A stretch of 64,000 nt of DNA from Candidatus Magasanikiibacteriota bacterium (lineage in GTDB: Bacteria; Patescibacteriota; Patescibacteriia; Magasanikbacterales; UBA922). The stretch lies in NCBI GenBank assembly GCA_041674805.1, contig JBAYVA010000001.1, positions 24,624 through 88,623 of the forward strand, given 5' to 3'. Shown here piece by piece: positions 9,801 through 19,566 of this stretch. The first letter of the stretch is position 1; each line of letters opens with the position of its first letter. The position numbers were made by a program, and so were the translations under genes. The notes beneath the pieces are model-generated. The model saw only the letters and a program-made list of their open reading frames with translations. It ran no database searches and was not told where the DNA came from.

Positions 9801-12800
9801 TTCCTTTGAATATTGATATTGGCAAAGCAAGTGTAGTGGTAGAGACATCTAATAAAAAAAGTACGGTAGGTGATAATTTTGTAAATATTGTAAGTGGTTC
9901 AGCTCAACCTAGTTTGTGTAAAATTGAACCAGCCAAAGGTTCTGCACCATTAGAAGAAAATAAAAAATTAATTTTAAAAGGTGAAAATTTTTCTATTACA
10001 CCTAATTTTTATTTTTGGAAAGCGGATAAGTTGAATATACAAGAAAATAACAAAGAAACTTGGTTACAGTCATCTGCTCATAATAATGTTGTTCCTGGTA
10101 AAGAAGTAAAAATTTCTATTCCTGTAGATAGTGAAGATGGAAAATCTATGACTAGTGGTCCAATAGTGGTTGGTGCTGCAGGTAAATTTAGTAATAGTAT
10201 AAATTATGAAGTTATTGATTGTCGTTTGCTTGGTAATGATATTCCTTCAGGTTTTCAATGTTGTACTGTTGGTTCTGAAACTGGTATTTTGAAGACAAAA
10301 AGTGAAGTATGTGCTGATTCTGTGCGTGAGTCAGGATATTCTTGGAGATTTACTACTGGTAAAATACCAGAAAAATTTTATGTTTTAGAACAATGTACAA
10401 AAGGTGTAGTACCGCCAGTACCATCACCAACACCTTGGAGTGCTAGAAATGAAGGTAAAAATGTTTGTGTGAATGCTGCTATTCAGGTGGCATTTAGTTT
10501 ACCTGTAAAAGATGATACTCAAAATAGAAATAATTTTCATATTTATGAATGTGGTACTTCATCTGAAATTTCTTTGAGTAATTGTAATGATGTGACAGCT
10601 ACAAAATTTGAGATTTTTATAAATTCTGGTTTAGTAAATTTTAAATTAAAAGCTGATCAAAATTTGTCAGCAAATACTTGGTATAATATAGCTTTGTCAG
10701 AAAATTTAATTTCACAAAAAGTAGTTACAGAATTATCTTCTAACAATGTTACTAAAAATGAAAAATTACAAAAAACCAAAGAATGTAGAATAGGCAATAA
10801 TAATTTTGCTTATTGTTTTGATTTCAAAACTGGTAATTCTGAAAATTTGTGTACATTAGTAAGAGCTGGTATTTATCCTTCATTGTATGAAAGTAGATTT
10901 TTGGGAGTTTTACAAGATGTACGTTGGCCTTTGAGTAGTAATTTAACAGATATTTTTACTATTGGAAATCCTAATTTACATCCTCAATTTTTTGATATTT
11001 ATGGTATTGGTAATCAAGAGTGTATCGCAATGGATGTAGATGGTTTGGGTTGGGTATGGAGTCCAGATGATGCAACTTCTCCTCCTGTAACTTCAAAAAA
11101 ATATACTGCAAATTCTAGATATGTTGATTCACGTGGTGTGGCTATTGCTTGGTCTGGTACACCAGTAGATGGTAGTGAAATTTTTGCGACATTAACTAGT
11201 AGTACTAAATCTATTGTAGCTACAAGTACTATCAAAGTAGAATTATCAAATCCTAGTGTTGTTTCTACTTGGCCAGTATGTTTGGAGGCTTGTATCAATG
11301 CGGAAATAGGTGCACAATTTAATCAATTGATGATAAAAGATTCTTATGATGGTAATGTTCATTTGTATAAATGTACAGATGAAAATTGTGATAATAATAA
11401 AGTAGAACAATCTATAAATATTTCATCAAATAGTGATTATCAAAATTTAAGATTTTATAATAGTACTGATTTAGCAACTAGTACTTGGTATTTAGTTGAG
11501 CTTACTGATGGTATTTATTCTGTTGGTGATGCTAGACAAATTACACAAGCTGGCGGTATTTCCTTAAAGCCAGGTAAACCTTTGCCAAGAACAACTTGGA
11601 AATTCAAAACAAAAGATTCTTCAGAGCCTTGTATTGTAGATAATGTTAGTGTTATACCAAATCCATTTTTTGCTTATTATGTTGGTCAAAAAACTCAATA
11701 TAGTGCGCAAGCTAGAGGCGCTGTGGACAATTGTAGTCCAAAAGGTCAATTGTTGAATCCTTGGAATTATGGTTGGGAATGGTCTGTCAGAGATATTAAT
11801 ATTGCAGATACTACTAATTTTAGTATATCTAATAATTTTAATATAAATTTTTGTTCATTAAATTGTTTACCTGCAGGTAGTGATGTATCTATTAGAGCTG
11901 ATCAAACTTATCCTGTTTGTGGAGATAGTATTGTTGACTCTGGTGAAGATTGTGATATTGGTATGAGTGGAGAGATCGTTGGTGTAAGTTGTACTTATAA
12001 TTGTTTACGTCCAGGTAATACAAATACAACTACTTGTGGAAATGGTATTGTTGATGAAAACTTAGGTGAAGAATGTGATCCTAATGCAGAAAATGCTTCT
12101 GAAAGAGAAGGTGGCTATTGTTCAAACAATTGTTTGCGTATTGGATCTAAACAAGAAGTTTCCAATGTTTCCAGTGCTCCTATTTGTGGTAGTGGTAATA
12201 TAACATATGGTGAAGATTGTGATATAAAAGATCCAAATTCTAGTCAAGGTTGTTCAAATAATTGTCTAAATTCTGGTACAAAATTAGCACAAGTTTGGTG
12301 TGATTCCAGAGGTGCTTCTATGAGTTCAAGTGACGAAATTGCTTGTCAAAATGCTATAAGTATTTGTGGTAATGGTGATATAGAATCTGGTGAAGAGTGT
12401 GAAGCAGGTAATAATGGTGCGAGTGAAAATAATTGTAATAGTAGATGTTTACTTACCAATGTTTGTGGTCATATTTTAGAACAGTGTGAAAAAGGGGACG
12501 AAGGTTGTAATGATGATTGTACTTTGAAAGGTTCTGCTTTGTCTTATAATACACCTTCTTTATGTGGGGATGGTGTTCTTGGTACAGGTGAATCAAATAG
12601 ATGTGAAGTAGTTTTAGAAGCAAATGAAAATCTTATTAGTAGTCCAGTACAAATAATTACAGCAAAAGGTGATGCTCCTGCTAGTGCTAATGATTTAGAG
12701 ATTGTTAGTGCGATGAATACTAAAATTTTTGCTAAACCAGTTAAATATTATTTTAGAGATCAGAATAATATAGAAAAATCTATCAATATTACTACTATAA

Positions 12801-15800
12801 AAGGTGAGGCTGATTATAGTTTGATGTGTGGTTATGAAGAATATAGTGAAGAGAATGATGATTCAAAATATAATGATTGTCCTAATAATGTAGAAAATAA
12901 TTTAGGTGTAGCTAGTAATAGTTGTTGTTATAATAGACCTGTACGTACTGCACAATATCCAGCTGTAAATGCAGAAGGAGTTTGTAGAAACACTTATATA
13001 GAAGTGCAGTTTCCAAAATTAATGAACAAATTGTCTTTTGAAAATAATGTTTCTATTGTACAAGGTTATGATAAAGGTGAAAATTATGCTAATTATGAGT
13101 GTTCTCAACATCAACAAATAGATGTAACAACAGAAGTAAATCAATATTTAGGTGTTAGTGACACTGATAATATTGCAAAAGGTTTTTGGCAAAAAGTATG
13201 GTTGACTATAAAAGATTTTTTTGTAAAATTATTTACTGGAAAAGCTTTTGCTTCAGAAGTTGTGAGAGAAAATAATGATTTATCTGGTAGAAATATTGTT
13301 TGGTGTGCTTCTTCTAATTTAAAAGTTGCTCCAAATGTTACTTATGAAAATAATAATTCAGTAACTACTACGATTGCAGGTCTTTTATTATCAAATTTAT
13401 TAGATTCAAATGTTTATGTTTTGGTTGTTTTGAATGGAGATAAAGATGGTATAAAAGATTTCAATAATGTTGGTATAAAAAATGTTTATTCAAATATAAG
13501 AGAAGATTTTTGGTTATTCAAAACAGGTAATGATCTTTGTAAAGTAGATAAAATAGAAGTGGATCCTGTTACTGCGGTTTTTGATAAACAAAATGATTCA
13601 AAAGATTTCAAAATAAATGTTTTTAGTAAAAATACTTCACAAAAGATTACTAGAATACCAAATGTTTATGATTGGCAATATTCTTGGCATCCTACCAATA
13701 ACCCAATATTCAATATTCCAAATATAGATAGTTCTACCAATATTATTAGTTCTAAAAATGTGGAAGGTCAAATGGATGGTTTGGCTCAAGTAAAAATTAC
13801 AAAAGATATTAGTGCTGAAAATTCAGATGAAGGCAGAACATTTTCAGCAAATTTTTATTTGCAATCATTCTTTTGTTCTAATATTTGGCCATCAAATTTG
13901 ACGAGCGTTTCTGGTTCATCTGCTTCTCAAGTTAGTTACTCAGATAATTTATTTAGTGACAACAAATTTAATTTTTCTTTTCTTTATTGTGCTGATAATA
14001 ATAATCCTTTGCTAACAGAGGATGATTTACCTTTGTTTGATAATATTATTTTATCTAATAATAATTTAGATGAATATGGTGTAGGTGACACAGCTTTAGG
14101 TAGATATTTATTATTTTCTTCTACAACTAATGATGCTTTGGGTATTCAAATTTTTGAAAATGTTCCAAGTAGTAATGGTACTCCTCGTAGTTTGACACAA
14201 TGGTATATGGACAAATTTGATAGTCTTGGTGATATGAAACCTAGTACTGTTGCAGGTTATGAAGCTTTGTCCAATGGTAGTAATTACTATGTAAGTGTTT
14301 ATGATGTTGATAAAGATAGAAATGGCAATTTGGGTACTGTTTATAATTATGTAATATTGTTTAGTCTTACTAATAATTCTTCTCAAGATAGTAGCAAAGT
14401 ATTTTCTCAAATAATTGAAAATGTAAAATTCAATACAAAAATGACTGATTTTGGTAAATGTTTGTTGGCAGGAAATCTTGAAGAAGAAGTTCGTACTGGT
14501 ACAGGAGAAATTTCTGAAATAGATTGTACGACTGATTTTGATTGTCGTGATACTAGTGGTTTGCCTTTAACGGGAACTGCAGGTTTTTGTCATAATGAAA
14601 TTAGTAAATTTTTTAGAGATTTGAATAGATTGAGTAGTTTGAGTGTTTCACAAGCTAATCTAGATAAATATTTTTCTGCGGATTTAGGCAAAAGTGATTT
14701 TGTGGGGGATTTGAAGAGTGGCTCGTTTGTTTATGGTTATAGTAATTCTAAATGGCAAAATTCTTGGGGACTTTTAAATAGTTATGCTGGTAAATTAGCT
14801 CTAGACCCTGTAAATCAATGGGCTGGTTGTACCGATCATGATCCTTTGACTTGTTGGAATGCTGCTAGTTCTACTTATGCTTGTCCTAATTTTGCACAAA
14901 TTTATGAATATAGATTTGTAACTTCTACACAAAGTTACAATCTTTATGCTCCTTTTGAATATTTGCAAAGTGGACAAGATGCTGACTTTGTAAAAAGGTA
15001 TATAGATACTAATAAAATTAATTTTGGTAGATTTTGTGAAGTTGGTAATTTGACATCTTTGATGAGTGTCTGTGGTGATAATTTGATAAGTACTTCAGCT
15101 GGTGAAGAATGTGAACCTCCAAATAGTACTAAATTATTATCTTCTTACAGAGGTAATAGCTGTACTGTTCCGGGTACTAGATATTTAGCTACTTGTAATC
15201 CAAATAATTGTACTTGGAATGTTTCATCATCTTGTACAGAAAAGATAGCTGTATGTGGTAATAGAACAGTTGAAACAGATGAAGAATGTGATGAGGGTGT
15301 TTTAAATGGAACCTATGGTCATTGTGGTAGTAACTGTAAATTACCATTAAGTACTAATTATACAGGTGCTGGATCTTGTGGTGATAAAATTTGGCAAAGT
15401 AGTCAAGAATTATGTGATATAAATGAAAATAGATATTTAACAGGTTATTGTGAGTTGAATAAAAACAAAGTTTGTTCAAATGATAATGATTGTAAAGAAA
15501 ATTTTTCAGGAAGAGTAGAAACACCTATTTATGAAACAAAACAAAGTTTGTGTAGTAGTAGAGATAGAAATACTGGATTACCTATTTGTTCGGGTGGTGT
15601 AACAAAACAAGTTAGTTGTGGTGGTCCTGAAGATGATATTTGTCGTACTTATGATTCTAATTCTACTTGTATAGAACAAGATGGAAATAAAGTTTGTAGT
15701 GGTAGAGCAGTTCAATCTATTAGTTGTGTGGTTGATAATGATTGTATAGATAGTGATGGTAACAAATTGACTTATCAAGAACAGGTGGGTGTAAATGTGG

Positions 15801-17944
15801 TTGATGAATCTTATACTAATAATTTTGGTTCTTGTCTTTCGGAAAATGAAACTACTTACGATTTCAAAAAAGATAATACTTGTTCTTATGATTGTCGTAG
15901 TAGAGCTGGTTATTGTGGCGATGGTATTAGACAGTCTCAATATGAACAATGTGATGATAGTAATAATAACAATGGTGATGCTTGCGACAGTAATTGTAAT
16001 TTTGAGAAATTTTGTACATATCCTTATGTTCAAAATACATTATCTTGTAATGAAGATAATAATTGTCCAATGTCAAAAATTGATATTGCTGGAAATCAGA
16101 AATTTATATTATCAAATTCAAATAGAAAAGTTTGTTTGTTTAATGAAAAAGATTTGGTTTATACTCCTATAAATAATTCAGATGTTGTAGAACCTTTTTA
16201 TTGTGAGAGTGATGAATATTGTCGTGATCAAGATACTTATTTATCAAGAGTGACTTATATAAATAATATAGCAACTGCTGATTTAGTTTTTAATTCTTTA
16301 ACTTGTCGTTCTATTGATATTATTGGTGGTTTTGGAGACAATGATAATGCACAGTGTTTGCCAAAATCAGCTGAATATGTTGTTCCAGAACAATCTCAAG
16401 AAAATAATGTTGTTTCTCCTTCTTGTGGTAATGGCGTAAGAGATTTTATTGATAAAAATAATAATAGTATAAGAGATGACGGCGAAAATTGGACAGAACA
16501 ATGTGATGTAGGAAATCAAAATGGAGTAGAATGTAATCCTACATATGGACAATCTTGTACATATTGTAATTCTGCTTGTGTTGTCCAAACAAAAGAGTCA
16601 GCTATGCGTTGTGGTAATGGTATTGTGGATAAAGATGAAAATGGAAATTGGTTGGAGGCTTGTGATTATAAGTTAACTGCAGAGGGTAATCAAGTTTTTT
16701 CACATAATGATCTTGAATCTAATGTTTTGCGTTGTACTTCCGAGCAAAAGGGTAGTTATTCTTGTAACAATTCTTGTCAATTAGTAGAAAATAATTGTAT
16801 AAATTGTGGTCTTGGTATTAATTTACCTTTGGCTAGATTGGCAATTATCAATCCTATGGTTGCTGGTGGTAACGCAAATTATACTACTCAACCATATGTA
16901 GCTTTATTAAAACAAAATGTTAATCTTACTAATTCTTTTGTGGCAAGTGTTTGGCGTAAGATAAATTTTGCTGGTAATGCTCGTATAAATTCAGCTGAAC
17001 CAAATAGTTTGATAGTGGATGGTGTAGGTATCCCTGTTGTGAATGGTATGGGTCTTGAGACAAATAGTCAGTGTACTTACAAATTATTTTTCAATCCGTT
17101 TACCAATGATTTCATGGGAGGAAGTACTACTGTGGATGCAAAAGTAGTGGCTGGTCTTGGTGATTTGTTTGATTATCCTGTAAATAGTGAAGTTTCTTAT
17201 GTTGATAATGAAGTCATAATGTCACCAGCTGTACCTGAAGATAGTATTCGTGTTGTAATTAGATGGAAGAAAAATGGTAATATCAATTTTGTTGGTAATT
17301 TTTATTCTGACAAAATTGAATCAGAAAATGTTCAATCTACTAGTTTTAGATATGTAGAAAATGATGATAAAACATATGATGCAATGACTATTGTTGGTAG
17401 TACAACAACACCAAATGAATATGTCGTACCAGAATACTCAAATAATCATAGTGTTTATACTGATTCTGTAGCTAGATTTTATTTCCATCCTTTGATTAAT
17501 ACTGAATATTCAGGTACACAGGCAATGACATTTAGTGCAAAAAATTTGAATTCAACTGTCAGTAGTACTTTGGGATTTTATGTAAGTTCTCCAAATGGAC
17601 CAATTAATCAATTGAAAAATAATGATGTTTGGGTAGAAGTATATAGGTATCATCCAAATCAAGTTCCTTCTTTTTCTATTTATAAACCAGATTTAACTTT
17701 CAAATTAAGTAATGCTAAGTCTTCAGCATATTCTTTGGCTAGTTATTGGCATGTATTTAATATTTATATGAATGAAAATCGTATTGCTTTATTACCTGTT
17801 GGTAAAGACAATGTTTTTGTACCTATGAATTCAGAAAATTATTGGAGTTATAATCCTTTTGTTGTGGATTATGGTGGTGCTATTATAAATGGAGAGTGTG
17901 AAGTAAGAAAAGCTATGCCAAATACTACTCCGTGTAATCAATAA
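6848..17944 (+). CDS. Giant (3698 aa) extracellular protein with a pilin-like two-TM N-terminal domain, IPT/TIG-like domains, a LamG/ConA-like lectin domain and three clusters of Cys-rich CG(N/D)G...GEECD repeats
   Basis: One uninterrupted 11.1-kb ORF. LamG-like segment at about nt 8640-9270 (GSIFAWIKK...WHQVGLVFDKG...LYVDGNLV...IDELNVWNRVLS). CGNGIVDENLGEECD-type repeats at about 11.9-12.6, 15.1-16.0 and 16.4-16.8 kb. IPT-like ITISGRNFG and ITIIGNDFG motifs. Confidence 0.85.
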   Translation: MKFFTQQKFKFLVLGLFFPLFIFGLFLSLPVLAQTATDTLGVDVVADNVALGGGDFRVIVVKIINTILTLLGIVVVVIILYGGFVYMTAGGEDDKVSKARKIIINGIIGLAIILSAWAITRFVLNKLGQATGLQNVVDTSLEGDCFTPGTPYYEKYSNTVHCQDVVDDFPDQSCTEKHFIAKSITPSTKLDDVVGMNNVIIRAVFSREVGSSLNEAIKIEKDGVDITGEFNFSFKENNQVIEANSITNDGCDSSQNGKCISKGDYVVRLLDIKDKNGNSLEVDVENCDTYPKDASFKVGNETNILDNNSPVITNLKFNNLSGGNVRVAPNKYYPISVSVNDRSFVGYGGNAYVLIKVYKKGSEQNVLKKYLHAPMVSFGSSAEFSFNYALLVKNNFEKNVDYIIDVTSYDIDSNFSNEKLEFRVVPESCFNDVQDADEEGIDVGGICGTDLGSSCKKQNDCSLSYKCLNAVDNLCVGTDDCLCKKWPYIENIEQNNGASGNWITISGRNFGNSNGEIHFNYDTNNDNVFDFANIVSLAQCRGKDVWNDNWIIVEVPNKPTGVTVNPVISVKNLELAGSVSDSISTPNYPSSMNPGHVLNLHLDEISGTTITNSINANNNLQVIGNVAFGNDGKFGKAIAFDKDPDSPSFNINDKEILKLYVNAGDPLDLAKGSIFAWIKKTNNTVGQDTIVSKNSSYGLFLVDNKLAVGEWYPSGGGRVIPSNTNVVDGKWHQVGLVFDKGVTNGTKLYVDGNLVLTTTTQFFAGYAGDFVVGANNNGTANFYTGFIDELNVWNRVLSSDEITSLYNTVSPNYKFTDFGNDDFGPNVGVFTYNNIKRPGLCAVTVSGSEQTMAEPKKDIEATGKAFGTTGKMFFGINDVAIKSWSDNSVQAVVPFVSKGKYGVFVQVNGEKSNAVPFSVVETGADKLPLILKIDPVTTTPGSYITIIGNDFGSAYGNVLINGVESGELPIYCGNTWSDKQIIVKVPLNIDIGKASVVVETSNKKSTVGDNFVNIVSGSAQPSLCKIEPAKGSAPLEENKKLILKGENFSITPNFYFWKADKLNIQENNKETWLQSSAHNNVVPGKEVKISIPVDSEDGKSMTSGPIVVGAAGKFSNSINYEVIDCRLLGNDIPSGFQCCTVGSETGILKTKSEVCADSVRESGYSWRFTTGKIPEKFYVLEQCTKGVVPPVPSPTPWSARNEGKNVCVNAAIQVAFSLPVKDDTQNRNNFHIYECGTSSEISLSNCNDVTATKFEIFINSGLVNFKLKADQNLSANTWYNIALSENLISQKVVTELSSNNVTKNEKLQKTKECRIGNNNFAYCFDFKTGNSENLCTLVRAGIYPSLYESRFLGVLQDVRWPLSSNLTDIFTIGNPNLHPQFFDIYGIGNQECIAMDVDGLGWVWSPDDATSPPVTSKKYTANSRYVDSRGVAIAWSGTPVDGSEIFATLTSSTKSIVATSTIKVELSNPSVVSTWPVCLEACINAEIGAQFNQLMIKDSYDGNVHLYKCTDENCDNNKVEQSINISSNSDYQNLRFYNSTDLATSTWYLVELTDGIYSVGDARQITQAGGISLKPGKPLPRTTWKFKTKDSSEPCIVDNVSVIPNPFFAYYVGQKTQYSAQARGAVDNCSPKGQLLNPWNYGWEWSVRDINIADTTNFSISNNFNINFCSLNCLPAGSDVSIRADQTYPVCGDSIVDSGEDCDIGMSGEIVGVSCTYNCLRPGNTNTTTCGNGIVDENLGEECDPNAENASEREGGYCSNNCLRIGSKQEVSNVSSAPICGSGNITYGEDCDIKDPNSSQGCSNNCLNSGTKLAQVWCDSRGASMSSSDEIACQNAISICGNGDIESGEECEAGNNGASENNCNSRCLLTNVCGHILEQCEKGDEGCNDDCTLKGSALSYNTPSLCGDGVLGTGESNRCEVVLEANENLISSPVQIITAKGDAPASANDLEIVSAMNTKIFAKPVKYYFRDQNNIEKSINITTIKGEADYSLMCGYEEYSEENDDSKYNDCPNNVENNLGVASNSCCYNRPVRTAQYPAVNAEGVCRNTYIEVQFPKLMNKLSFENNVSIVQGYDKGENYANYECSQHQQIDVTTEVNQYLGVSDTDNIAKGFWQKVWLTIKDFFVKLFTGKAFASEVVRENNDLSGRNIVWCASSNLKVAPNVTYENNNSVTTTIAGLLLSNLLDSNVYVLVVLNGDKDGIKDFNNVGIKNVYSNIREDFWLFKTGNDLCKVDKIEVDPVTAVFDKQNDSKDFKINVFSKNTSQKITRIPNVYDWQYSWHPTNNPIFNIPNIDSSTNIISSKNVEGQMDGLAQVKITKDISAENSDEGRTFSANFYLQSFFCSNIWPSNLTSVSGSSASQVSYSDNLFSDNKFNFSFLYCADNNNPLLTEDDLPLFDNIILSNNNLDEYGVGDTALGRYLLFSSTTNDALGIQIFENVPSSNGTPRSLTQWYMDKFDSLGDMKPSTVAGYEALSNGSNYYVSVYDVDKDRNGNLGTVYNYVILFSLTNNSSQDSSKVFSQIIENVKFNTKMTDFGKCLLAGNLEEEVRTGTGEISEIDCTTDFDCRDTSGLPLTGTAGFCHNEISKFFRDLNRLSSLSVSQANLDKYFSADLGKSDFVGDLKSGSFVYGYSNSKWQNSWGLLNSYAGKLALDPVNQWAGCTDHDPLTCWNAASSTYACPNFAQIYEYRFVTSTQSYNLYAPFEYLQSGQDADFVKRYIDTNKINFGRFCEVGNLTSLMSVCGDNLISTSAGEECEPPNSTKLLSSYRGNSCTVPGTRYLATCNPNNCTWNVSSSCTEKIAVCGNRTVETDEECDEGVLNGTYGHCGSNCKLPLSTNYTGAGSCGDKIWQSSQELCDINENRYLTGYCELNKNKVCSNDNDCKENFSGRVETPIYETKQSLCSSRDRNTGLPICSGGVTKQVSCGGPEDDICRTYDSNSTCIEQDGNKVCSGRAVQSISCVVDNDCIDSDGNKLTYQEQVGVNVVDESYTNNFGSCLSENETTYDFKKDNTCSYDCRSRAGYCGDGIRQSQYEQCDDSNNNNGDACDSNCNFEKFCTYPYVQNTLSCNEDNNCPMSKIDIAGNQKFILSNSNRKVCLFNEKDLVYTPINNSDVVEPFYCESDEYCRDQDTYLSRVTYINNIATADLVFNSLTCRSIDIIGGFGDNDNAQCLPKSAEYVVPEQSQENNVVSPSCGNGVRDFIDKNNNSIRDDGENWTEQCDVGNQNGVECNPTYGQSCTYCNSACVVQTKESAMRCGNGIVDKDENGNWLEACDYKLTAEGNQVFSHNDLESNVLRCTSEQKGSYSCNNSCQLVENNCINCGLGINLPLARLAIINPMVAGGNANYTTQPYVALLKQNVNLTNSFVASVWRKINFAGNARINSAEPNSLIVDGVGIPVVNGMGLETNSQCTYKLFFNPFTNDFMGGSTTVDAKVVAGLGDLFDYPVNSEVSYVDNEVIMSPAVPEDSIRVVIRWKKNGNINFVGNFYSDKIESENVQSTSFRYVENDDKTYDAMTIVGSTTTPNEYVVPEYSNNHSVYTDSVARFYFHPLINTEYSGTQAMTFSAKNLNSTVSSTLGFYVSSPNGPINQLKNNDVWVEVYRYHPNQVPSFSIYKPDLTFKLSNAKSSAYSLASYWHVFNIYMNENRIALLPVGKDNVFVPMNSENYWSYNPFVVDYGGAIINGECEVRKAMPNTTPCNQ

Positions 17945-17949
17945 ACTTT

Positions 17950-18366
17950 ATGAATAAAAAAAAAATTATAATTTTGTCTTTGATTTTTCTAATCATCATT
18001 GTTTCTTTATCAATTTTAGTTTATAATAAGAACAAGGTTGAAAATAATAATGTTGAGACACAAACAGTCAATACTCAGTCAAATAATAATTCAGAATCAG
18101 AAAAAGAAGTTGATTTGGTAAAATTACCAAATGAATTAGTTAATATGCCAGAATGGTATTTGACTGATAAAGATGGTGATGGTTTAACTGATGATGAAGA
18201 AGATAAAATAGGTACTAATAAATGGGAATCAGATTCTGATTTTGATGGATTGTCTGATAAATTAGAAATAGAACAATATAAGACAGATCCACTGAAAGCT
18301 GATACAGATGGAGATACATATTCAGATGGTTTAGAAATTTTGAATAATTACGATCCTTTGAAATAA
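17950..18366 (+). CDS. Small single-TM protein with three D-x-D-x-D-G calcium-type (thrombospondin-type-3/dockerin-like) repeats
   Basis: N-terminal TM. Repeats DKDGDGLTDDEED, DSDFDGLSDKLE and DTDGDTYSDGLE. Starts 6 nt after the giant ORF. Confidence 0.6.
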   Translation: MNKKKIIILSLIFLIIIVSLSILVYNKNKVENNNVETQTVNTQSNNNSESEKEVDLVKLPNELVNMPEWYLTDKDGDGLTDDEEDKIGTNKWESDSDFDGLSDKLEIEQYKTDPLKADTDGDTYSDGLEILNNYDPLK

Positions 18367-18389
18367 TATAATTATAATTTAAATTTTTT

Positions 18390-19412
18390 ATGTTTGATGA
18401 TCACAATTCACAAAATAGTAGTGGTCAAGTACCTAGTAACTTGCCGATAGGAGAACCAGAAGATATTTTCAATGATTCTTCTTCTGATAGTAATTCTTTT
18501 GCTACTGCTAATAATGTAGAAGAACCAAGCAAATTAAAAACTTCTGCTTTGGATGCTGGTATTTTGAAACCAAAGGTAGAAGAAAATGTACCTGTACAAA
18601 ATAAAAAACCTGATGATATGTTTGGTGAATTTGATAATGGTTTCAAAAGTGATTATACTGGCGCAAATACCAATGTACCTGTAGCAAACTCTGGTGCAAA
18701 TAATAATTTTGCTGAAAATAATAATCAAAATTATTATAACCCTAACAATCAGAGCAATCAAAATAATAATGCAAATACTATTTTACCTCCACAAGGTATG
18801 ACACCTGCTTATGAAAATAATTCAGAGATTTCTGAACCAGTAGGTAACAAAAAAGTAATTGTTTGGATTATTGTATTGGTAGTTATATTTGTATTAGGTT
18901 CTGGCAGTGCTTGGATTTATTTTTCTTTTATTAAAGAAAAAAATAATACTAATGTTTTTGAAAAAGATGTTACTGTAATAGATGAACCTACTATACCTGT
19001 AGAGAACAATGTTAATAATAATACTACTTCTTCTACAAATTTAAATGAACAAATTGTGGTAGGTGAACCTTTAGATACAGATGGTGATGGATTGACAGAT
19101 GTGAGGGAAACATCTATTGGAACAGATCCTTTAAATTGGGATACAGATGGTGATGGTCTTAGTGATGCTGATGAAGTAAATATTTGGAAAACACAACCAA
19201 TGGTAGCTGATACAGATGGTGATGGTTATACTGACGGTGTTGAAATAAAAAATGGTTATAGTCCAACAGGACCTGGTAAATTATTTGAAATTCCTTTGGA
19301 AAATAATGCAAATAATTTGATTGAAACTGTGAGTACTACAAATAATATGATTATTTCTACTACTACAGTTACTTCTACTAGTAGTACTATATCTACTACA
19401 ACACAAAAATAG
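18390..19412 (+). CDS. Single-TM protein with an Asn-rich low-complexity N-terminus and three DTDGDG calcium-type repeats (paralog of 17950)
   Basis: TM segment [15 protein letters not shown], then [24 protein letters not shown] and [12 protein letters not shown], then a Thr/Ser-rich tail. Confidence 0.6.
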   Translation: MFDDHNSQNSSGQVPSNLPIGEPEDIFNDSSSDSNSFATANNVEEPSKLKTSALDAGILKPKVEENVPVQNKKPDDMFGEFDNGFKSDYTGANTNVPVANSGANNNFAENNNQNYYNPNNQSNQNNNANTILPPQGMTPAYENNSEISEPVGNKKVIVWIIVLVVIFVLGSGSAWIYFSFIKEKNNTNVFEKDVTVIDEPTIPVENNVNNNTTSSTNLNEQIVVGEPLDTDGDGLTDVRETSIGTDPLNWDTDGDGLSDADEVNIWKTQPMVADTDGDGYTDGVEIKNGYSPTGPGKLFEIPLENNANNLIETVSTTNNMIISTTTVTSTSSTISTTTQK

Positions 19413-19566
19413 TAGTATTTTAATTAAGTTATTTTTTTGTATAATTTTTTTATAATTACTTATTTGGATTAGTTCGCTCATAGTACAAAGCGGATTATAA
19501 TATTATTTTTTATACCTTGTATTCTGATTTCATTGGGATTGCATGGTATTTGATTAAATCTAATTT

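Noticed and set aside
14111-16588. ORFs of 99-151 aa on the minus and alternate plus frames inside the giant gene (14111..14410, 15578..16033, 15795..16172, 16367..16588)
   Set aside because: They lie entirely within the 11-kb coding region, are low-complexity Ile/Thr/Asn-rich translations of AT-rich sequence, and have no start context. They are shadow ORFs.
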